Shown one piece after another: positions 16,482 to 27,225 of a DNA stretch of 32,000 nt. Source of the DNA: Acaryochloris marina S15 (GTDB lineage: Bacteria; Cyanobacteriota; Cyanobacteriia; Thermosynechococcales; Thermosynechococcaceae); assembly GCF_018336915.1 (NCBI RefSeq), contig NZ_CP064923.1, forward strand, positions 3,870,001 through 3,902,000, given 5' to 3'. The position numbers and the translations under genes were made by a program. The notes beneath the pieces are model-generated. The model made no database searches. It had not been told where the DNA came from and saw only the letters and a list, made by a program, of their open reading frames with translations. Each line of letters begins with the position of its first letter. Position 1 is the stretch's first letter.

Positions 16482-17897
16482 TTACAACAGTGCATCGAGT
16501 AGAGTATGGAGTTTGAGCTGAATTTCGGCCAGTTCTCGTTGGGGGTCAGAGCCAGCTACAATTCCTGCCCCGGCATAGAGCCGGGCTTGGGAGCCGTTTA
16601 TCAACGCTGAACGAATGCCTACTGTAAATTCACCATTCCCTTGATAATCAATCCACCCTAAAGGTGCTGCATATAGATGGCGTTCAAAGGTTTCTTGGTG
16701 GTGAATTTGCTGTTGAGCGACTTCTCGTGGCATTCCTGCTACAGCAGGTGTTGGATGTAATGCTGCCAAAATTTCCAGTAGATGCAGATGTTGAGGGACT
16801 TCAGCAGTGATTAGGGTACGCAAATGTTGAATATTGGGGAGCTGGAGCAGATGAGGCAAAGAGGTGACTTGGGGGGTAATGCCCAATTCCCAGAGGCTAT
16901 CACGAATAAAGTCTAGGACCACTCGATGTTCATGGCCATCTTTTTTACTGCTGAGGAGTTGATTCCCTAAGATCTGATCGTCTTCATGGGAAAGTCCCCG
17001 AGGCGCTGATCCGGCCAAAGCGTCCGTAACGAGGTGGTGATCATGTAATTCAATCAGTCGTTCAGGGCTAGCGCCAATAAAGCTCTGGCCTTGACCATTA
17101 CTAACGGCAAAGACATAACATTCTGGATAGCGTTCCCGGAGTGTCCCCAAGGCATGGCATAAATCCAGTGGTTGAGGTGTTTTGACATCTAATGTGTGGG
17201 CTAAGACCAGCTTTTGCAGTTTGTTGGCCTTAATAAGGCCTAAGGTATCGGCTACCGCTGTTGTGAAAGCGTCTGCATTGGTTAATTGGGGATAGGTAAA
17301 TTGGGAGGGTTGTGATCGCGGTGAAGGACAGCGACGAGGGGTTTGCAGTAGCTGCCAACGTTCCCAAATGCTCCGAGCCAAAGGTTCTAAAGCGGTTTCC
17401 GAATCAATAACAGCGTTAGCAACCAGTACTGCTTGGTCCTGAACACAAGCGACTTGCCAGCGGGGGAGGAAAACGGAAGCGGCAGGAAAAAACGCCTGTT
17501 CTTGATTCGTGCGATCAAAAAAGGTAAAACTGCAGAAAAAATGAGGTCCCGCAAAGGGAAGATGGAGGGCACCCGCGGAGACGGTATCCACCAAAGAAGT
17601 ACAGATAAAGTGTTGGGCCTGGGTAAACCGTTGAGTACCATCGATTTGTAAATGGAGTAACGGTTCCGTTGCTGCGATCGCAGTTCGTTGCGACTGCTTT
17701 TCCCAATAAAAATGAGGATGGTCTGCCTGTTGCAGCAAGTCTAGGGCAGCCAATGGGTCTAACTTGGGTAGTTCCAAAGAAAGACTGACAACCTGGGCAT
17801 GTTCCTTTTCAAGGGCGATTGTACGACAGGAAGCGAGAAACTCGTGGAGTGACTTGCGGTCCTGAAATAAATTGGCAGAAGAGGAAGTTACTGTCAT
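16482..17897 (-). CDS. menF: Isochorismate synthase
   Basis: Chorismate-binding C-terminal motifs are present (LHPTPAVAGMP, GEFTVGIRSA, LYAGAGIVAGSDP). The ORF extends to 17960, but the internal ATG at 17897 (MTVTSSS...) is the more likely start. Confidence 0.9.
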   Translation of the reverse strand: MTVTSSSANLFQDRKSLHEFLASCRTIALEKEHAQVVSLSLELPKLDPLAALDLLQQADHPHFYWEKQSQRTAIAATEPLLHLQIDGTQRFTQAQHFICTSLVDTVSAGALHLPFAGPHFFCSFTFFDRTNQEQAFFPAASVFLPRWQVACVQDQAVLVANAVIDSETALEPLARSIWERWQLLQTPRRCPSPRSQPSQFTYPQLTNADAFTTAVADTLGLIKANKLQKLVLAHTLDVKTPQPLDLCHALGTLRERYPECYVFAVSNGQGQSFIGASPERLIELHDHHLVTDALAGSAPRGLSHEDDQILGNQLLSSKKDGHEHRVVLDFIRDSLWELGITPQVTSLPHLLQLPNIQHLRTLITAEVPQHLHLLEILAALHPTPAVAGMPREVAQQQIHHQETFERHLYAAPLGWIDYQGNGEFTVGIRSALINGSQARLYAGAGIVAGSDPQRELAEIQLKLHTLLDALL

Positions 17898-18124
17898 GAA
17901 ATCGAGGATAGCAAGGTGGGCCGCCGGGAGTGCAGATGACCTCCAATGTAAAGGACACAATCTGGCTGTAGCATTACCGCTACGTCCGGCCAGACTTCGT
18001 ACCTAATATTCCATCTAACCATTGAAAGGGGCAACCCGTGCGGTTCACCGCCCCCTTGTTCACAAATGCTTAGAAAGTGCCAATCCTGTACCCTAAACTT
18101 AATGAAGGCCATTGCAATTTTTCT

Positions 18125-19015
18125 ATGACCACCCAAACCCTCCCGACTCATAAGCTGTGGTTCGCTGCCCTAAAGCCCCCCATGTATAGTGTGGCCGTGA
18201 TACCGATTTGGGTAGGATCTGCGATCGCATGGTCAGAACAACAGCAATTAAATATCCCCATCTTTTGGACGTTCCTCAGCGCCGCCATCTTAATTATTGC
18301 CTGGCTCAATCTCACGAACGATGTCTTTGATGCCGACACCGGAATTGACGTGAACAAGGCCCATTCCCTGGTGAATTTAACCGGCAATCAATCCCTGATT
18401 TTCTGGCTAGCGAATGGCTTTCTGGGCTTAGGCTGTCTAGGATTAGTTGCGATTGCCTGGTGGCAGCAAGATGTCACTGTATTGGCTCTAATCTTACTCA
18501 GCTGCTTCCTCGGCTACACCTACCAAGGCCCGCCGTTCCGCTTGGGATATCAAGGCTTAGGAGAACTGATTTGTTTTATTACCTTTGGCCCCCTTGCCGT
18601 TTTCGCAGCCTACTATAGCCAAACCCAGACCTGGTCAACTCGCCCTTTACCTGCCGCTATCATTATTGGCCTCACCACAAGCTTGATTCTGTTCTGCTCC
18701 CATTTCCACCAAATAGCAGATGATCTATCGGCAGGAAAGCGCTCCCCCATTGCTCGTCTAGGCACAGCTCGAGGCGCCCGATTATTGCCTTGGATCTGTG
18801 GGGGGATTTTTGGTCTGATTTTGATGTTTATGGTGTTCAAACTATTTGGCCATGGGGTTGTGTTGAGTTTCGTGAGTCTGCCCTTAGCCATCCATCTCTG
18901 TCGCCATGTTTGGCGCTATCACGATCAGCCTGACCTAGTTAAGGACTGTAAGTTTATCGCCGTAGGTCTACATTTTGTCAGTGGTCTTTTGTTAGGTATT
19001 GGTTTACTGGCTTAA
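18125..19015 (+). CDS. menA: 1,4-dihydroxy-2-naphthoate phytyltransferase (UbiA family)
   Basis: A polytopic membrane protein with the prenyltransferase motif NDVFDADTGID, divergent from menF-menD. The ORF-track start at 18077 is non-ATG; ATG at 18125 (MTTQTLPTHKLW...) is preferred. Confidence 0.85.
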   Translation: MTTQTLPTHKLWFAALKPPMYSVAVIPIWVGSAIAWSEQQQLNIPIFWTFLSAAILIIAWLNLTNDVFDADTGIDVNKAHSLVNLTGNQSLIFWLANGFLGLGCLGLVAIAWWQQDVTVLALILLSCFLGYTYQGPPFRLGYQGLGELICFITFGPLAVFAAYYSQTQTWSTRPLPAAIIIGLTTSLILFCSHFHQIADDLSAGKRSPIARLGTARGARLLPWICGGIFGLILMFMVFKLFGHGVVLSFVSLPLAIHLCRHVWRYHDQPDLVKDCKFIAVGLHFVSGLLLGIGLLA

Positions 19016-19338
19016 ACTATGCTGTTCTAGGCTTGAGGAACCTCGGCTTTGAGTCACCCGTTGTGATGAAGTAGAACTTATAAGAAGAGTACGGTTATGC
19101 CTCACCCTGCTTTAGCAAAAACCGAACATATTAATGCCATAAACTTGTTAGGGTAAAGTTACGCCAACCCTTCTATCTCAGGTGTTTTGACGCTTTCATC
19201 CTCAGATAAACAAAGAGCATGATCCTTCCTTGCCCCTAGACTGCGTGGTTGCCTGTTCTGGAAACCAACGGACTGACACCGATAGGTTGGTACCCAGTAT
19301 TTGTTGTTTTGTCTTGCTTGACCCTAGGAGTAACGCCA

Positions 19339-20325
19339 ATGCCTGCTGCGGATTACAAAGACTACTACCAAATTCTTGGGGTGAATAAATCTTCGAGTGA
19401 AGCAGAAATAAAACAGGTTTTTCGTAAACTGGCTCGAAAGTACCACCCGGATATGAATCCGGGAGATAAAGCTGCCGAGGCCAAATTCAAAGAAATCAGC
19501 GAAGCTTACGAAGTGCTGTCAGATTCAGATAAACGACGCAAATACGATCAGTATGGCCAATATTGGAATCAAGCCGGTGGACAGGCTGGAGGATTCGATG
19601 TTGACTTTGGACAATATGGCAGTTTTGACGACTTTATCAATGAGTTATTAGGGCGGTTTTCAGGTGGGTTTGGGGCAGGTAACTCATCGGCCAGTTCCAA
19701 AAACTATTCTTACCGTGGGGGTACATCCAGTACGCCAGGGTTTGGTGGGTTTCAAGACTTCGCAGGCTTCAACACCCCTAGTATTTCTGCAGATGCAGAA
19801 GCAGAATTAAAATTGACCTTTTCGGAAGCCTTAGAAGGCGTAGAAAAACGACTGACTATTGGCGGCACTGAGACCATCACCGTTCGGATACCGCCCGGTA
19901 CAAAGCCCGGTAGCCGGATTCGAGTCAAAGGTAAAGGGCAAGTGAACCCCATTAATCAATCCAGAGGGGATCTTTACCTCAAAGTCAAACTAGACTCCCA
20001 TCCTTTTTTCAAGTTTGACAAGGAGAATATTCTATGTACTCTACCCATTGCTCCAGATGAAGCTGTCTTGGGGGCCAAGGTTGATATTCCTACTCCGACC
20101 GGAACGGTCAGCATGAATATTCCTGCCGGTATCAAATCCGGACAATCCTTGCGTTTAAAAGGGAAGGGATGGCCGAGGGCTAAGGGGAGTGCCAGCGATC
20201 TAGTAGTCAAGATTCAAATCGTTCCCCCCCCTGATCTCAGTGCAGCCGAAAAAGACTTATATGAGAAACTTTCTAGCCTGCGGCAGTATGATCCCCGCTC
20301 AAATCTACCGGGAAAATCCCGTTAG
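19339..20325 (+). CDS. Class-B (CbpA-like) DnaJ co-chaperone: J domain, G/F region and DnaJ C-terminal domains, no zinc finger
   Basis: J domain DYYQILGV...KYHPDMNPGD (HPD motif), a G/F-rich linker, and no CxxCxGxG repeats. The ORF-track start at 19249 is TTG; ATG at 19339 is preceded by AGGAG (19326..19330). Confidence 0.85.
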   Translation: MPAADYKDYYQILGVNKSSSEAEIKQVFRKLARKYHPDMNPGDKAAEAKFKEISEAYEVLSDSDKRRKYDQYGQYWNQAGGQAGGFDVDFGQYGSFDDFINELLGRFSGGFGAGNSSASSKNYSYRGGTSSTPGFGGFQDFAGFNTPSISADAEAELKLTFSEALEGVEKRLTIGGTETITVRIPPGTKPGSRIRVKGKGQVNPINQSRGDLYLKVKLDSHPFFKFDKENILCTLPIAPDEAVLGAKVDIPTPTGTVSMNIPAGIKSGQSLRLKGKGWPRAKGSASDLVVKIQIVPPPDLSAAEKDLYEKLSSLRQYDPRSNLPGKSR

Positions 20326-20414
20326 TGAATAGAGAAATCTCTTGATTTCACCCATGCAACCCTCAACTTTCTGATAAAATATTACAAAAGTTAAGATTTG
20401 TAATTTACGACCTC

Positions 20415-21395
20415 ATGAATCTATTAATTGTCGGTGCTACAGGAACACTTGGCAGGCAAATTGCCCGTCGAGCCTTAGATGAGGGACATGAGGTCACTTG
20501 TTTAGTACGCGCACCTCGTGCTGCCACTTTTCTTAGGGAATGGGGAGCCTCTCTGATTAAAGGAGATGTACGGAATCCAGAAACCCTCAGATTGGCTATG
20601 GAAGGCCATACTGCCGTCATTGACGCCTCAACGGTTCGAGCCACAGATTCCATCGGTATTCGAGAAGTAGATTGGGATGGCAAGGTTGCATTAATTCAGG
20701 CTGCCAAAGCAGCCGGTATCCAGCGATTTGTCTTTTTCTCTATTTTGGGGGCAGAGAACTATCCGAATGTGCCCTTGATGGATATTAAAAACTGCACCGA
20801 GCTGTTTCTTAAAGAATCTGGCCTCAACTACACGATCCTACGGCCCTGTGGTTTTTTCCAAGGTCTCATTGGGCAATATGCTATTCCCATCCTAGAAGAC
20901 CAATCCGTTTGGGTGATGAATGAGGCGACCTCAACGGCCTACATGGATACTCAAGACATCGCTAAGTTTGCGGTGAATGCCCTCTCCCATCCTGAAACTG
21001 AAAACAAAACCTTTGATTTAGCTGGCCCTAAAGATTGGTCCCCTGAACAAATTGTGGCTCTTTGCGAGAATATTGCTAATCAGCCCGCCAAAGTCACACG
21101 GATGCCGATTGGCTTATTGCGGAGTGGGCAGAAAATAGCCCGTTTCTTCCAATGGAGCTGGAACATTGCCGATCGCTTAGCGTTTAGTGAAGTGGTTACG
21201 TCTCAGGCTCCAATTACCGTTCCGATGGCAGAGACCTGTAAGGTATTTGGAGTGGATGAATCTGAGATTGCTACTCTGGAAGCCTATATGCAAGAATATT
21301 TTGATCGTATTCTCAAGAAACTTAAGCAATTGGAATACGAAAAGAATCAAAAACAATCCCGCAAACGGAGCCCTTTCAAAACTCCCAGTTCCTAA
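20415..21395 (+). CDS. ycf39: Ycf39/HCF244-like atypical short-chain dehydrogenase (NmrA-like NAD(P)-binding; PSII assembly factor family)
   Basis: The N-terminus MNLLIVGATGTLGRQIARRALDEGHEVTCLVR...FLREWGA closely matches the Ycf39 N-terminus as I recall it. Length is 326 aa. Confidence 0.8.
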   Translation: MNLLIVGATGTLGRQIARRALDEGHEVTCLVRAPRAATFLREWGASLIKGDVRNPETLRLAMEGHTAVIDASTVRATDSIGIREVDWDGKVALIQAAKAAGIQRFVFFSILGAENYPNVPLMDIKNCTELFLKESGLNYTILRPCGFFQGLIGQYAIPILEDQSVWVMNEATSTAYMDTQDIAKFAVNALSHPETENKTFDLAGPKDWSPEQIVALCENIANQPAKVTRMPIGLLRSGQKIARFFQWSWNIADRLAFSEVVTSQAPITVPMAETCKVFGVDESEIATLEAYMQEYFDRILKKLKQLEYEKNQKQSRKRSPFKTPSS

Positions 21396-21409
21396 CGATA
21401 GGTTGAACC

Positions 21410-22333
21410 TTGAGCGTGCCGAAAGCTGGCATTATCTATAACGAACTCAAGCCGTTCGCGTGCCGAATTGCGACTGAACTCAAAGACAAGCTGCATGCTT
21501 GTGGTTGGCAAGTCTCTTTGGCTACAGGGGTGGGCGGCATTCTTGGATATTCTCGACCCGAGCATCCGATTTGTTTCTCAGCCATTGATGAGCTGGTGCC
21601 TAACGGATTTGATGAGGATATCAAATTTGCCATTGTCTTAGGTGGAGATGGCACTGTTTTGTCTGCCTCCAGACAACTGGCTCCCTGTAATGTGCCCATG
21701 CTGACGGTGAATACAGGACATATGGGGTTCTTGACGGAAACCTATGTCAATCAATTAGACGATGTTCTCGAGCTGTTGTTGCAAGGTCAGTTTTCCGTAG
21801 AAGAGCGCGCTACTCTGACGGTACAGGTAATTACGGACGGCAAAGTCCTCTGGGAAGCTCTGTCTCTCAATGAGATGTTGCTTCATAAAGAACCGCTAGC
21901 AGGGATGTGCCACTTTGAAATTGCCGTTGGCGAGCATGCAGTGGTTGATATTGCTTCGGATGGCCTGCTGGTATCTACCCCAACAGGCTCTACAGCTTAT
22001 GCGTTAGCTGCTGGTGGCCCTGTGATTGCGCCCGGTGTGCCGGTGATGCAGCTGATCCCGATTTGTCCCCACTCCCTGGCGTCGCGAGCATTGGTATTTG
22101 CAGATACAGAACCGTTAGAGGTCGTTCCGGCAAACAAACAGCAGCTAGTGCTGGAAGTAGACGGAAACGCCGGATGCTACATAGCACCCGGCGATCGCGT
22201 TCGCGTAATTAAGTCGCCCTATTCAGCTCGTTTTATCCGATTGGGATCTCCAGAGTTTTTCAAAATCCTGCGGGAAAAACTGGGTTGGGGGCTACCCCAC
22301 ATTGCTAAGCCAACATCAGTAGAGCTGCCTTAG
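21410..22333 (+). CDS. nadK: NAD(+) kinase
   Basis: GGDGT motif (VLGGDGTVL), [10 protein letters not shown] and [16 protein letters not shown] are present. The start codon is TTG at 21410 or GTG at 21416. Confidence 0.9.
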   Translation: MSVPKAGIIYNELKPFACRIATELKDKLHACGWQVSLATGVGGILGYSRPEHPICFSAIDELVPNGFDEDIKFAIVLGGDGTVLSASRQLAPCNVPMLTVNTGHMGFLTETYVNQLDDVLELLLQGQFSVEERATLTVQVITDGKVLWEALSLNEMLLHKEPLAGMCHFEIAVGEHAVVDIASDGLLVSTPTGSTAYALAAGGPVIAPGVPVMQLIPICPHSLASRALVFADTEPLEVVPANKQQLVLEVDGNAGCYIAPGDRVRVIKSPYSARFIRLGSPEFFKILREKLGWGLPHIAKPTSVELP

Positions 22334-22533
22334 CTTTTCAAGGGTGCGCAGCTCCTAAGCTGATGCATATAAAGTCCAGGTGCATAGGCCTCAACGACCT
22401 CACCGGTCTTGGCATCAGTGATCATCAAATAATCGCATTCTATACACTGGGTGCGCATTAAATTATCAATATGGTGACGCTCTCCATGCTGGCTTCCACA
22501 GTTGGGGCAGCGAACTTTTTCTATGCGACTCAT
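22330..22533 (-). CDS. Small zinc-ribbon protein (CxxC ... CxxC), function unknown
   Basis: The 67-aa ORF has CPNCGS and CIECD pairs and an ATG start. It is convergent with nadK, with a 4-bp overlap. Confidence 0.5.
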   Translation of the reverse strand: MSRIEKVRCPNCGSQHGERHHIDNLMRTQCIECDYLMITDAKTGEVVEAYAPGLYMHQLRSCAPLKS

Positions 22534-22952
22534 AATTAAATACCTTTGTTAAAGAGAGAAGTGAGTGACCCAGTGACAGAAGCTAAAAAAAAGATTAAAA
22601 AAATGTGTTTAAATCTTAAGCTTGTTGACAATTTCGAACCCTTGATCCCCTCTTTTATAGCATCGACTTCTTAAAGGTGACTGAGATTTTTCAATGAATT
22701 TTATATTTGATCCCCGTTGGCGAAAACCATTTCTCAGAGGGAATACTTCTGTAAACTATTGAGCTTGAAGGTTGGGGATCATACAAAAAAGACTTTTTTT
22801 ACTTTGCTGACGGGATGATTAATTTTTTGTAAAAGCAGAATACCCGATCACAATTTCTGAGTTTGATAGATGCGTTAATAATATTCTCAAGAAAAATAAT
22901 CTATCAAAATACTTTATTGTTGTTATAGAAAGATCAACTAACGTCATCTTTT

Positions 22953-24833
22953 TTAAGCAGGATGAAAATAATCATAGATTTTCTGAGCGAGCTGAGGGCC
23001 AATCGTAGGGACGGCTCTTAATTGCTCTGGGCTAGCTTCCCGGATATAGTCAACAGACCGAAAAGCGGCTAGTAGTTCTTTTTGGCGGTGGTGACCGAGC
23101 CCTGGAATATCATCTAGCCGCGAGCGCCGCATTCGCTCTAATCGCTTTTGTCGATGGAAGCTGATGGCAAATCGGTGGGCTTCATCTCGTAAGCGACGAA
23201 TGAGCTGGACGCCAGGCTGTTCAGAGTCCGTCGGCAATGGCTGGCTTTCTCCAGGCTGAAAAATCTCTTCTCGTTGCTTGGCTAGGCTGATGATGTGTAG
23301 ATCTTCAACGACTTCAATTTCTGCTAAAGATCCTAAGACTGCTGATAACTGCCCTTTGCCTCCATCAATAACCACTAGATCAGGCCAGTCAGAGGTGCCC
23401 TGTCGAGGCTGTTCCGGGGATTCATGATACTGGCGAAAACGTCGATGTAAGACTTCCGCTAGGCTGGCAAAATCATCTGAGTGCCCTGCCCTGATATCGG
23501 GATTGCGAATTTTGTAGCGTCGGTAATGTTGTTTAGCGGGTAGACCGTCGATAAAGACCACCTGAGAGGCGACGGCATCAGACCCTTGGATATGAGAGAT
23601 GTCATAACATTCAATCCGATGGGGGAGGTCTGGAAGGTCTAAGAGATCGGCTAGGTCCTGGAGGGCATTGAGGGTGCGATCTCGACTCTTTTGGGTACGA
23701 GCTAACTCATATTGGGCATTGCGTTCGACCATTTCGATCAGTTCAGCTTTGATCTGCCGCTGGGGACAGGTGATGCTGACTTTGCGTTCCTTCCGCTGGC
23801 TGAGATAGCTCGCTAACAAGTCTGTTTCTGGCAACTCAGTTTGCACCAAAATCTCCAAGGGGAGTTCTACAGGGTCAGCGCTACCGTAATGGGCTTCTAG
23901 CACATGCTGCAAAATCATTCCCAGGGAGCCTGATTGGGCATCGGCCATAAACCCTAAACGGCCCACTAGGCGTCCGGACCGAATCTGAAAAAGCTGGACA
24001 CAGGCAATTTGATCGTCGGCAGCGAGGGCGATGGCATCTCGCGATACAGTGTCATCGGGCAAGGCAACTTTTTGATCAACCCCCAACCCCTGTAAGCCCT
24101 TAATCTGATCCCGCAGCCGCGCTGCCAGCTCAAAATTTAGATCTTCAGCGGCCTGCTCCATTTGCGGAGACAAGGTGTTGATCAGCTCAGTCGTGCGCCC
24201 CTGAAAAATCATCACAACCTTTTGCAGAATTTGGCGATAGGCTTCTGGCGTAATTAAGGCTTGGCAAACACCAGGACAGCGACCAATTTCATAATTGAGA
24301 CAGGGACGATCTTTGAACAGGGGCTTCCGCCGTTGTCGTAAGGGAAAAAGACGTTTGACCAACCGCAGGGTCTGACGAAGCTGCCACACATCAACATAGG
24401 GGCCATAGTATTTATCCTGTGCCTTTCCCAGCCTTCGTTTGCGGGTGATAAAGATGCGGGGATAGGTCTGGGACCAGGTCACACAGAGGTAAGGATATTT
24501 TTTGTCATCTTTAAGGAGAACATTAAAGTGAGGCTGATGTTGTTTGATCAGGTTGGCTTCTAGGGCCAAAGCCTCTGCTTCGGTATCCGTGACAATAAAC
24601 TCAATATCCACCACCTGATGAACCATCAGTTCAATGCGAGGAGGATGGTCTTGGATTTGTCGAAAATAGGAGCGGACACGATTTCTCAGCTTTTTGGACT
24701 TGCCGATATACAAGATGTCATCATTGGCATCTCGCATAAAATACACCCCCGGCTCGGGGGGGATCTCTTTAAGTCTGGCTTCTAATCGATCACGATCTTT
24801 GAGCAGGGTGGTTGTCGAAACGGCATCGGTCAC
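22953..24833 (-). CDS. uvrC: Excinuclease ABC subunit C
   Basis: The 626-aa ORF has an N-terminal GIY-YIG domain (GVYFMRD...[18 protein letters not shown]), a UVR domain, an endonuclease domain and a C-terminal (HhH)2. It uses a GTG start. Confidence 0.95.
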   Translation of the reverse strand: MTDAVSTTTLLKDRDRLEARLKEIPPEPGVYFMRDANDDILYIGKSKKLRNRVRSYFRQIQDHPPRIELMVHQVVDIEFIVTDTEAEALALEANLIKQHQPHFNVLLKDDKKYPYLCVTWSQTYPRIFITRKRRLGKAQDKYYGPYVDVWQLRQTLRLVKRLFPLRQRRKPLFKDRPCLNYEIGRCPGVCQALITPEAYRQILQKVVMIFQGRTTELINTLSPQMEQAAEDLNFELAARLRDQIKGLQGLGVDQKVALPDDTVSRDAIALAADDQIACVQLFQIRSGRLVGRLGFMADAQSGSLGMILQHVLEAHYGSADPVELPLEILVQTELPETDLLASYLSQRKERKVSITCPQRQIKAELIEMVERNAQYELARTQKSRDRTLNALQDLADLLDLPDLPHRIECYDISHIQGSDAVASQVVFIDGLPAKQHYRRYKIRNPDIRAGHSDDFASLAEVLHRRFRQYHESPEQPRQGTSDWPDLVVIDGGKGQLSAVLGSLAEIEVVEDLHIISLAKQREEIFQPGESQPLPTDSEQPGVQLIRRLRDEAHRFAISFHRQKRLERMRRSRLDDIPGLGHHRQKELLAAFRSVDYIREASPEQLRAVPTIGPQLAQKIYDYFHPA

Positions 24834-24883
24834 GGTTATGCGTCACTGTCCATAAAGCGATTCATATTTAGATCCTAAAGCCT

Positions 24884-24908
24884 ATCTCCATCCATTGAAG
24901 ATGGAGAT
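24884..24908 (-). terminator. Hairpin between glgA stop and uvrC start (possible glgA terminator)
   Basis: ATCTCCATC-CATTGAA-GATGGAGAT forms a 9-bp stem. Only a short TTT follows on the minus strand, so intrinsic-terminator status is weak. Confidence 0.3.
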
Positions 24909-24949
24909 GGGGGATCAAATTTTATGACTGATGCTACTGGCCTAATGGT

Positions 24950-26422
24950 TTAACAACGAACCATTTCATAGATATCTTGATACTGCTCTCCAGGACAGTT
25001 CCAGGAATAATCATGGGCCATGCCTTGCATCACTAGCTTTTGAAATTCTTTCGGATAATCCGTCCATAGACCAATGGCTCGATTCATCGCTGATTCCAAG
25101 GCATGGTTATCGGTCTGATAGAAAACATAGCCATTGCGCTCTTCGGGAGTCTTTTCTGGATCAAAATCGCGATCAAAGACGGTGTTCACTAGACCACCTA
25201 CCCCACGCACAATGGGAACAGTGCCGTACTGTAGGCCGATTACCTGGGTTAATCCACAGGGTTCATAGTTACTGGGGACCACAATCATATCTGCCCCAGC
25301 ATAAATGAGGTGGGCCAGTTCTTCGTTGAAACTGAGTTCGAGATGACAATCTGGGTTTGAGTTGAGGAAATTCTTCTCATGCCAAAACCAAGTATTAATC
25401 CCAGGTTCAGTGGCAGATCCTAAGAGAACGAATTGGGCATTTTGATTCAGAGCATGGTAGATGGCATGGTGAACTAAATGCATCCCTTTCTGTTCATCCA
25501 AGCGACCAATAAAGGCAATGAGGGGACGGTCTATATCCCGCAGTAGTAAACGCTCTCGCAGGGCTTTTTTATTGAGGGCTTTGCCGCTTAAATCATTGAC
25601 GGAATAAGAATGGGGGATATAGTCATCTTTCTCGGGGTTCCAGACATTGTAATCAATGCCGTTCAGAATACCGCTAAACTTGCTGTGGTGGATTTCTAGG
25701 GTATTTCCTAGCCCATATCCCACCGTTTCATGGCGAGCTTCCCAGGCATGATGGGGGGATACAGTATTCACGTAATTGGAATATACAATCCCACCTTTCA
25801 TGAGGTTTATAGCAAAGGGATTGAAATTATCTAAGAGTCGGTCAGAGTTGAAATAGTGGGATTCTCTGTTGAGTCCAGTTGCCGATAGTACGTTCGCTCC
25901 CGAAATTCCCTGATGCTTAAAGTTATGAATGGTATAAACTACACGCTGGCGCTCCATTCCATGATACTGATACACCTCGTAGAGCAACACTGGGATAAGA
26001 CCCGTTTGCCAGTCATGGCAGTGGATGATGTCGGGTCGCTTATTCGATCTGAGTAAGAATTCCAAGGCTGCCTTACTGAAAAAGGCAAAGCGCATATTGT
26101 CATCGGTCGCTCCGTAAAAATGCCCCCGATTGAAGAAATCATCACCTGAGTTGGGTTGAATGAAGAAGCACATTTGGCCATGGACCCAACCACAATAGAC
26201 ATTGCAATGAATCGCTCCGCCATACCAAGGAACGGATAAGTCTCGATAGGCTTCATGCAGGCCCCAAACGTGGTCGTAGCGCATGCAGTCGTACATTGGC
26301 AAGATGAGTTCAACGCAATGGCCTCGAACTTCGAGTTCTCGGCTAAGACCATAAACAACATCTCCGAGCCCACCGGCTTTGATTACTGGGGCACATTCAG
26401 AGGCAATCTGGACAATGTACAC
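24950..26422 (-). CDS. glgA: Glycogen synthase (ADP-glucose type, GlgA2-like)
   Basis: The 490-aa ORF has the N-terminal KAGGLGDV motif (ECAPVIKAGGLGDVVYGL) and a GT5/GT1 fold-like C-terminal half. It uses a GTG start. Confidence 0.95.
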   Translation of the reverse strand: MYIVQIASECAPVIKAGGLGDVVYGLSRELEVRGHCVELILPMYDCMRYDHVWGLHEAYRDLSVPWYGGAIHCNVYCGWVHGQMCFFIQPNSGDDFFNRGHFYGATDDNMRFAFFSKAALEFLLRSNKRPDIIHCHDWQTGLIPVLLYEVYQYHGMERQRVVYTIHNFKHQGISGANVLSATGLNRESHYFNSDRLLDNFNPFAINLMKGGIVYSNYVNTVSPHHAWEARHETVGYGLGNTLEIHHSKFSGILNGIDYNVWNPEKDDYIPHSYSVNDLSGKALNKKALRERLLLRDIDRPLIAFIGRLDEQKGMHLVHHAIYHALNQNAQFVLLGSATEPGINTWFWHEKNFLNSNPDCHLELSFNEELAHLIYAGADMIVVPSNYEPCGLTQVIGLQYGTVPIVRGVGGLVNTVFDRDFDPEKTPEERNGYVFYQTDNHALESAMNRAIGLWTDYPKEFQKLVMQGMAHDYSWNCPGEQYQDIYEMVRC

Positions 26423-26884
26423 AGTTACTCCTTGATTGAATAAATCTTTATAGAGAGAATATAAATAAAAGCTTAATTTACAAAAGTATATATTTATATT
26501 GCTCTTAAGTCAGTGGGAATTGCAAAAATCACTTCCACACTAGTGGGATGAAAAAGAGCTGGATCGGGTATCTATGTTCCTGCTCTGTCTCAGCACGAAT
26601 AATGCTTTATAGCTTTGAATAGCTGGGTGGTTGGGGTTGGATTGAGAAAATAAAATTTTCTTGAGTCATTGTTGCAAGTACCACAATAGATGTCCCCTTG
26701 CCCTCTCAACATGAACTTTATTGACGTAGCCCATAAAGATTATTGACAAGAGCTTTAGTAAATCTTCATACAAAGATTCACGATGCACCTTTGATACAGT
26801 ATCTTTCTACAAGGCACTCTTATTGCACTCATCAACATTCAGTTCAGACTGAAATATTATTTTTAGGGTTAAGGAGCATACAAA

Positions 26885-27145
26885 TTGTTCACACCAACTT
26901 TTCTTACGGTTGCCGTCCGCGCGGTTAATTGGACCCCAACAGTAGGTGTTGTAATGATTGCAGCCAATATTATGGCAATTGCGATCGCAAAGTACAGCAT
27001 TCAGTATCCCAATGTTGGCCCTAGCATGCCAGCATCCAGCTTGTTTGGTGGTTTTAGCTTCAATGCTGTGCTGGGGACCCAAGTTTTTGGTCATGTCTTA
27101 GGTGCTGGAGCGATTTTGGGACTCACCTACTTGGGTGTTCTTTAG
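26885..27145 (+). CDS. psaK: Photosystem I subunit PsaK
   Basis: The 86-aa two-helix protein ends in FGGFSFNAVLGTQVFGHVLGAGAILGLTYLGVL, matching the PsaK consensus. Its TTG start at 26885 is preceded by AAGGAG (26871..26876) at 8-nt spacing. Confidence 0.85.
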   Translation: MFTPTFLTVAVRAVNWTPTVGVVMIAANIMAIAIAKYSIQYPNVGPSMPASSLFGGFSFNAVLGTQVFGHVLGAGAILGLTYLGVL

Positions 27146-27191
27146 CGCTCTAGATAAAAAGTCTAGGGGTTACCTCAACTAAATTCGATAA

Positions 27192-27225
27192 AGCAGTCAG
27201 AGTCTCAGATCTCTGGCTGCTTTTA
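27192..27225 (+). terminator. Rho-independent terminator of psaK (overlaps the 3' end of the convergent TetR gene)
   Basis: AGCAGTCAGAG-tctcagat-CTCTGGCTGCT forms an 11-bp stem with one G.U pair, followed by TTTT. Confidence 0.6.

Noticed and set aside
20381-20404. A/T-only hairpin ATTACAAA-N8-TTTGTAAT between the DnaJ gene and ycf39
   Set aside because: The stem is 8 bp of A/T pairs only, has very low stability and is followed by no U-run. This is not enough to call a terminator or regulator.
22828-22843. NtcA-like site TGTA-N9-TAC
   Set aside because: The spacer is 9 nt rather than the required 8, the right half is TACC, and there is no appropriately placed -10 element.
25939-26373. 144-aa same-strand nested ORF inside glgA
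   Set aside because: It is an alternate frame of a highly conserved glycogen synthase gene. It has no motif and is an artefact of the long ORF.
26477-26494. HLR1/RpaB-like direct repeat (TTTACAAA-AG-TATATATT) upstream of glgA
   Set aside because: Only the first half-site matches (G/T)TTACA(T/A)(T/A). The second half lacks the TTACA core, and the surrounding DNA is generically A/T-rich.
26743-27094. ORFs 26743..26928 (+) and 26807..27094 (-) overlapping psaK
   Set aside because: psaK, in a different frame or strand, has a clear family match and an RBS. These overlapping ORFs have no recognisable features.
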